Positions 57,771-64,000 of a DNA stretch of 64,000 nucleotides are shown here, one piece after another; position 1 is the stretch's first letter; each line of letters opens with the position of its first letter. The DNA is from Eledone cirrhosa (Eukaryota): the NCBI GenBank assembly GCA_964016885.1, contig OZ024742.1, positions 363,072,001-363,136,000 of the forward strand. Reading direction: 5' to 3'. Below the pieces are notes generated by a model. The model was not told the DNA's origin. It made no database searches and saw nothing but the letters and a program-made list of their open reading frames with translations. The translations under genes and the position numbers were made by a program.

Positions 57771-58105
57771 TTATGTGATTATGTGCATGCGTGTAGATAT
57801 GCATTTAGATTTGCATCTATATGTGCGTATATATATTTTGACTCGATATCAATTTAACTGTACCTCTCTCTATATATATAGTGTGGGTATATACATATTA
57901 TAATCCATGAAATTTATGAGTTTTAACTATGCCAACATGTATTTATCTGTATTTGATTATTTATACATAAACATACCTGATAGTATTTTAGAGTGTATCA
58001 TATACTATATTATGCTAATTGCAATTTACCACACAGCACTATATTGTGCTGGTTAAGTTGTATATTATCCCATTACTGTACTTCATTATCTTATTATAAT
58101 TTTCA

Positions 58106-58216
58106 AAGTCAATCCCGCCGAGGTTGACTTTGCCTTTCATCCTTACGGGGTCGATAAAATAAAGTACCAGTAATGAACTGGGTTATTGTCGGCCTTGTGC
58201 CTAAAGTAGAAACAAT
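58106..58216 (+). mobile_element. 5'-truncated SINE with a ~21-bp target-site duplication, nested in the PLE
   Basis: ATTATCTTATTATAATTTTCA at 58085-58105 and 58215-58235 flanks the family motif. Confidence 0.88.
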
Positions 58217-58765
58217 TATCTTATTATAATTTTCATCTTTTAATATAATATCTTTCCTAGCCATAACCTTAATTTATATTCACCATACAACTCAACACAA
58301 CACTAATCACCATTTATTTTGACATTCCTTTTAAATTCACTATACAAGATACATTTAACTATCAGTTTGACATTCCCTTTTCTCCTAATAGATTTTTATG
58401 CCAAATCTACTATTAGCACCCTTCAACCATTCCTTTCAAAGGGTCATGACCTCAACTTTCCATCTTAACACCATAAGGAAAAAAACAATTTGATTCGTTG
58501 ATTCTTCAACTACCTCCAAATAAGGACATGATACTAACACACTACTAATTCTGAATAAAATCATTATTGAATAAAATTATTATTGCTTTTGAAAAGAGCT
58601 GGTGATATGCATGTAAGTAAATATTCTCTTTATTTGATAGTTTGTAACTAAACTTACATAGATCAATTACTGGGTATAGATACAATGTATTATCATCATC
58701 TAGAAACGATCGTAAAGCAGTGAAGTATATCTCTAATGACTTGATTTTTTATTTCATTGTTTTAA

Positions 58766-58800
<35 letters not shown>

Positions 58801-58810
58801 ATTATTTTAG

Positions 58811-58947
58811 GTTGTATACCAATGGGTAGAACTGCTGGTTCCGATTAATAATGATGATTCAATAATTATAGCACTCGACGCTATGGAATTCATCATGGAA
58901 TTCATCCATCGTAGATGTGGTATCCCTTGCCTAGTGCAGGCACGAAG
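58811..58947 (+). CDS. Candidate internal host-gene exon (137 bp), product unknown
   Basis: Acceptor ATTTTAG|, strong donor AAG|GTAAGT and a single fully open frame: VVYQWVELLVPINNDDSIIIALDAMEFIMEFIHRRCGIPCLVQAR. Confidence 0.5.
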
Positions 58948-59423
58948 GTAAGTATTCATTAAAAACAACAGAACGCCGGACTGGAAACTTTCTGTAGAAT
59001 TTTAACTCTGCGAAAACATTATACACATTTCGATGGCAGAGGTTCATCATCCGATTATGATGCAAGACTTCGGCGATTTCACCAGGTGTTAATTTTAGAG
59101 TAAAAAACATGGGCTCAACCATAAAACCAACTCTTTCTTTTTATCCCTAATTCTCTCTCTCTCACTTTCCTTATATCTATATATATATATATATGGGTGT
59201 GTGTGTGTGTGTCGGTAAATATGTGTGTGAATATGTGTGCCTGCGTTTGTGTATGTGTATATATGTGTATATACGCGTTTGATGTTTGTGTTTATCGTTT
59301 CTCTCCGTACTGTAACGTAATAGTTGTCCTATTCCCTACCAGGCATGGAATAGGACACACCCTCAAGTCGATATGATCAGGTGAATGTACTGCTAGAGCA
59401 TGGCCCCAATAAAACAATATATT

Positions 59424-60040
59424 TGTGTGTGTGAGTTTTGTAGCGTGTGTGTGCTTATGTGTGAGTGTGTGTGTGGATGTATGTGCTTATGTGTGTGTGT
59501 GTGTGTGGATGTCTGTGTTTATATGTGAGTGTGTGTGTGTGTGTGTGGATGTCTGTGATTATGTGTGTGTGTGTGTGTGGATGTCTGTGCTTATGTGTGT
59601 GTGTGTGTGTGTTGAAGGAAGCAACAGAGAGGAAGATTTCTGAATTAAAGGAGATCACGCAGACACACACACACACACATACACATACACATCCAAACAG
59701 ACTTATACACACACCCAAACAAACAGACAGACATAATGACACGCACACACATACACACAGACAAACAAACAGACACACTAACACACATACACACAGACAG
59801 ATACACTCACACGCACACACATACACACACCCAAACAAACATACACACTCACAAGCGCACTCATACACACACCCAAACAAACAGACACACTCACACACAC
59901 ACCCAAACAAACAGACACACGCACGCACATACACACACGCAAATAAACAGTCACATATACACACACAAACAAACAGACACACTCACACGCACACACATAT
60001 ACACACCCAAACAAACAGACACACTCACACACACACACAG
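59424..60040. repeat. Degenerate (GT)n block followed by a degenerate (CA)n block
   Basis: Read directly. A ~50-bp unique spacer lies at 59612-59662. Confidence 0.9.
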
Positions 60041-60340
60041 TTTACAGTGTTTAAAGTGAATGGTTGCATGCAGAGTAGCTTTCTATGTAATTATTCAGCT
60101 TATATACTGTCTATTTATATAGCCATTTACTTCACAGACGTTTGTCTCAGACTGAGGTTTATAGAAATCCGTATTAATGTGATTTCTATTTTGTTTTACT
60201 TCGGTTTTTGTTGTTTCACTAACGTCAAGATCTTAGTATAGAAACATACACGTGATCCTTGATTACTTGGCCAAATATATCAGGTATGAAGATCAAGTTA
60301 ATTGTAGGCTCGAAACTATTAAAGTTTCTATTAGTTGATT

Positions 60341-60730
60341 TATGTGGAATGGCAGACTCGTTAGAACGTCAGACAAAATACTTTGCAATCTTTAATCACA
60401 AATTCTTTACGTTCTGTGTTCAAATAACATCTCCGTCATCTGGCCGTGCTCTTGTAATAGGGTCGATTTAAATCGACTCTCTCCTTCACCCAAATTGTCA
60501 GCCTTGTGCCTAAATCAAAACACATTATTATTATCTGAAACCGTGGTGGATTGGCAGTATCGGTAGAGGGTTTGTCGCCATGCTTTCCAGCATAGTTACG
60601 TCCCTTTACGATCTGAGTTCAAATCCCGCCGAGGTTTACTTTGCCTTTCATCCTTACGGGGTCGATAAAATAAAGTACCAGTAATGCACTGGATAATTGC
60701 TGGCCTTGTGCCTAAAGTAGAAACAATTAT
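60341..60730 (+). mobile_element. Two SINE copies (60341-60533 degenerate, 60545-60730 near full length)
   Basis: A box TGGCAGTATCGGTAGA, B box GAGTTCAAATCCC and the family body motif. Confidence 0.88.
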
Positions 60731-60870
60731 TTGAGGGGCAATGACAACCCTTGTGGTTAATAAAGAAACCATTATTTGAGGGGCAATGACAACCCTTGTG
60801 GTTAATAAAGAAACCATTATTTGAGGGGCAATGAAAACCCTTGTGGTTAATAAAGAAAACATTATTTGAG
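60726..60870. repeat. 45-bp minisatellite (3 copies plus a partial) at a SINE tail
   Basis: ATTATTTGAGGGGCAATGACAACCCTTGTGGTTAATAAAGAAACC at 60726, 60771 and 60816. Confidence 0.92.
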
Positions 60871-61426
60871 GTGAATGGATTGAGAGAACGGTTAAAGCGG
60901 TGGTTTTAAAGCCGCCATGTTCAACTTTACCTCAGTTTATTACAATCCCGATAAAATTAAGTAACATTCACTTATTGGTTCCCACATAATCAGCTTTCTT
61001 CTCCCCAAATCGTTGCCGAAACACCTACCTACTTTCTACAATCAAAGAGTGTACGGCCACCCGCAACAATGGGCTCCACAATCTAGGCTGACTCTTTCGG
61101 CTTATCTAAATTGGCATCCTCCAGTCTTTCAAATTCTGACCCTTGGGACCCTCAGGCAACATCTACCTGAGTGTTTCCACTCTAAAGAGACAGAACAAGT
61201 AAATCGAAGAAGAGATGGGATGAACCGTTATGGATTGTATGTGTGGTGGATCTCCGTCATTTCCTACGATGAGTGTTCCAATTGTTCTCACAACAGAAGA
61301 GTCTACCTATGTGATAAATTAACCTGTAAGTGGCTGAGTATTCCACAGACAGAAGCACCTTAATTTAGTTTTCAATGAGATTCATGGTGGCACAATAATT
61401 GACAAGGCTGTCTTTTGAAATACAAT

Positions 61427-61925
61427 TACTCTCGAGTCTTGAATAATACCCTCCCCCCTCCCCGCCGGCCCCTCTTAATAAATCTTCGGATTTTCCACTA
61501 CTCCCCCTTTCTTATTAAATTTTGCTAATCTATCTCCGGCGAAAATTTATTAAGATGTAGCATTTCTGTGAAAATTAATTATTTTAGACATTAAAAAAAA
61601 ACATTATACATGACAAAAATAACTTTACAAGAAATCCCATACTTTATAAAATAAATAGGATGTGTTGGGGTCTCAGTATGTAAACTAAACGACTAATTCT
61701 GGTTTTTATAAAAATCAAATCAGACAACGTAGAAAAATTATCGATTTTCCATCCACGCCCTACTTATTCCAAACCCTCCACTTATTCCAAACCCCTGCAA
61801 ATCCTGCCGAGTTTAACATTGCCTTTCATCCTTACAGGGTCGATAAAACAAAGTACCAGTAATTCACTGGAATAATTGCTGGGCTTGTGCCAAAAGTAGA
61901 AACAATTATTGGGAACCTGAGAGTA
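61427..61925. mobile_element. Possible MITE with imperfect TIRs, interrupted by a SINE at ~61797-61910
   Basis: Left end TACTCTCGAGTCTTGAATAA versus the right-end reverse complement TACTCTCAGGTTCCCAATAA. Internal repeats CTTATTCCAAACCC. Confidence 0.45.
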
Positions 61926-62507
61926 TCACTTTATTTCCAGTTGAGGGGGGCAAAGTGAAATGGAGTATTTTCCTCAAGGATATATCGCCCCTCCAGCAAT
62001 CGAACTCTTGGGACTAAAGTTATGAATAAAACCCCTTAAGCACTAAAGCACACGTCAATACATATTCTACGTATAAGTATTTCAAACGAAGCAATGAGAT
62101 TGTTTCTAGTTTGATATAAAGTGAAGCTGGCTAAGCGTGTTTGAAATTCATGATATATTGAAATAGGAAATCAATATATAAGAGAAGGATACAGTGATGG
62201 CTGACAATCGAAGTGCTTTAAGCAGTTCTACTTAAAAGGGCTTTTGCTGTCACGTGGCTGTTAAAATCCTAGTGGAAATAATAGTGAATCTATCAAGTAT
62301 TTCTCATAGATTCCCCGTCATTTCAATATAAACGGACAAGAGAGGGGAGGAAGGAGTGACTGTTGATTGTTCAACTTTGACACCTAACAACTAAAATCTA
62401 TGACCAACACTCAACATTTTAACCTAACTCACAAACTTAAGCATAATCAACTTTACTGATTTTAACGTCAGCTATTTGTTACTTAGAACACTCCACTACC
62501 GCCACCA

Positions 62508-62538
62508 CTCCTCCTCCTCCTCCTCCTCCTCCTCCTGA

Positions 62539-62598
<60 letters not shown>
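62508..62598. repeat. (CCT)n and (CTA)n microsatellites
   Basis: Read directly from the sequence. Confidence 0.95.
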
Positions 62599-62777
62599 AC
62601 TTCATCTTAGAACTCTATACTTAAGAAAGGTGGAGTAAAGTGATTCTCTACATATTATTGTCCTTAAATATAGAGTAGAATGTTCAATGATGCTCTTACA
62701 GGGCTTAACTAGTAACATCCCATCTCTCCCTCACCACTTTCTCTCTTTTTGTATGTGTATATATATAAATATGTGTG

Positions 62778-62824
<47 letters not shown>

Positions 62825-62868
62825 AAGTTAAATAAAAGTCAAATGATTAAAATTTAGCTTCGTTTGTT

Positions 62869-62921
62869 ACTGCTATATATTTCAGTGACAGCCATCTTTG
62901 GTTGTGACCTCTTCAGGCAGT
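62869..62921 (-). ncRNA. Type I hammerhead ribozyme, slightly degenerate copy
   Basis: ACTGC-CTGAAGA-GGTCACAACCA AAGA TGGCTGTCACT-GAAA-TATA-TA-GCAGT. Confidence 0.7.
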
Positions 62922-63063
62922 TTGAATTAGTATGGTATAGACAAGTACATATGTTGTTTAGGTGTATAATATTGTCAATACTCGGATATGCCCAGTTCCT
63001 TGTTGGGTTGTTAATTCACTGAGGAACTGGAGTCTTATGACTCCAGTTCCTCAGTGAATTCAA

Positions 63064-63118
63064 ACTGCCTGAAGAGGTCACAGCCAAAGATGGCTGTCAC
63101 TGAAATATATATAGCAGT
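63064..63118 (+). ncRNA. Type I hammerhead ribozyme
   Basis: ACTGC-CTGAAGA-GGTCACAGCCA AAGA TGGCTGTCACT-GAAA-TATATA-TA-GCAGT, with G-U in place of G-C at the base of stem II. Confidence 0.78.
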
Positions 63119-63470
63119 AATAAACGAAGCTAAATTTTAATCATTTGACTTTTATTTAACTTTATTTTACACTACTCCGGAGTAACCAAACCAACCTGCG
63201 CACTTCGTCGAGTGCTCCAGCCTGCATACTGAAGTGTTGGTATACAACCAACATAAACTCAAAATCTCTCTCTCTATATATATATATATGCAGGTATGGA
63301 CATAGAATAAAGAATGCAAATGCAAAAGATATTGTTGACAATTAGTCTTTTACCTTAGAATTATTTAAATGTCCTTAATTTTCGAGATAATATCTCTTCT
63401 TCGGAGGGAAGTAAATCGCTTGCCAAGTCATGCTGACAGGAAATGGTATACAGGAAATGGCTTTATTATA

Positions 63471-63501
<31 letters not shown>

Positions 63502-63680
63502 TTTCATTAGTTAAGCAAAACAAGACCACAAATTTCTCAAGGAAAATATTATTAAAAGATTGTCAACATAGTTTTAGTTTAATGTAAGGAATGTAAAGAA
63601 TAATAATGATAATACTAATAATGTCAGTTTACAATTGTTTCACTACTCCATATAATGTTTCTGGATCAAATGATTATAGA

Positions 63681-63756
63681 CGGGGGTCGATAAAATAAAG
63701 TACCAGTAATGTACTGGATAATTGCTGGCCTTATGCCAAAAGTAGAAACAATTATT
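63681..63756 (+). mobile_element. SINE 3' fragment
   Basis: GGGGTCGATAAAATAAAGTACCAGTAATG...AAAGTAGAAACAATTATT. Confidence 0.85.
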
Positions 63757-64000
63757 GATCTGGTTCAGTTGAAGATAATTAACTTAGGTAAATTGGAGCA
63801 GCTCATCAGAACTTCAAAATGAATATAAATTAAAGTAAAGAAAGAAGATTACATGAATGTAATGTTTCATATAATGGTATTTCACTATGGTGTCCTGGGT
63901 ATATCTATTGTCTGCTATAGGCGAGCAATATTCTTCTGTTGAGGCTGCATTATGTGAGATCTGCCTATGGGTAACAAGATAGCAGCCAAAGGACATATTT

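Larger units (their letters stand above)
56671..58772 (+). mobile_element. 5'-truncated PLE with ~245-bp inverted terminal arms (56671-56915 and 58525-58772)
   Basis: The arms are reverse complements (AAGTTAAAACAATGAAATAAAAAATCAAGTC... and ...GACTTGATTTTTTATTTCATTGTTTTAACTT) and enclose a GIY-YIG ORF. The right end abuts (TA)n. Confidence 0.82.
62820..63270. mobile_element. PLE-derived element with inverted arms, two back-to-back hammerheads and a central 22-bp hairpin
   Basis: 62820-62925 is the reverse complement of 63060-63168. There is a perfect stem at 63013-63034 / 63039-63060. Flanked by (TA)n. Confidence 0.8.

Noticed and set aside
59612-59662. LKEATERKISELKEITQ as a micro-exon
   Set aside because: There is no usable splice donor or polypyrimidine tract, and it is too short to assess.

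Overview
Repeat-dominated animal genomic DNA, probably a cephalopod (octopus-like SINEs and microsatellite load; inferred, not verified). No complete host gene is recognisable, only two exon candidates. Positions 1-30075 are a 17-bp satellite (GACCTRCTAACTACACA) with kb-scale higher-order duplications. Positions ~30.1-36.3 kb hold Penelope-like element (PLE) debris between (TA)n runs: a GIY-YIG pseudogene, long inverted duplications and minimal hammerhead ribozyme motifs. Two 5'-truncated Tx1/L1-clade LINEs sit in (GATA)n at 37.3-40.05 kb. An 8.2-kb 56-bp satellite at 42.6-50.8 kb appears to be an amplified slice of the restriction-like endonuclease coding region of an R4/Dong-type retrotransposon, whose upstream and downstream coding sequence still flanks the array. 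Its monomer shares a 15-bp core with the 17-bp satellite in the opposite orientation. The rest contains a non-autonomous Helitron inserted into a hammerhead-bearing element, a second GIY-YIG PLE with inverted arms, many tRNA-derived SINEs and microsatellites. Most listed ORFs are microsatellite artefacts. All alignments and folds were done by eye.
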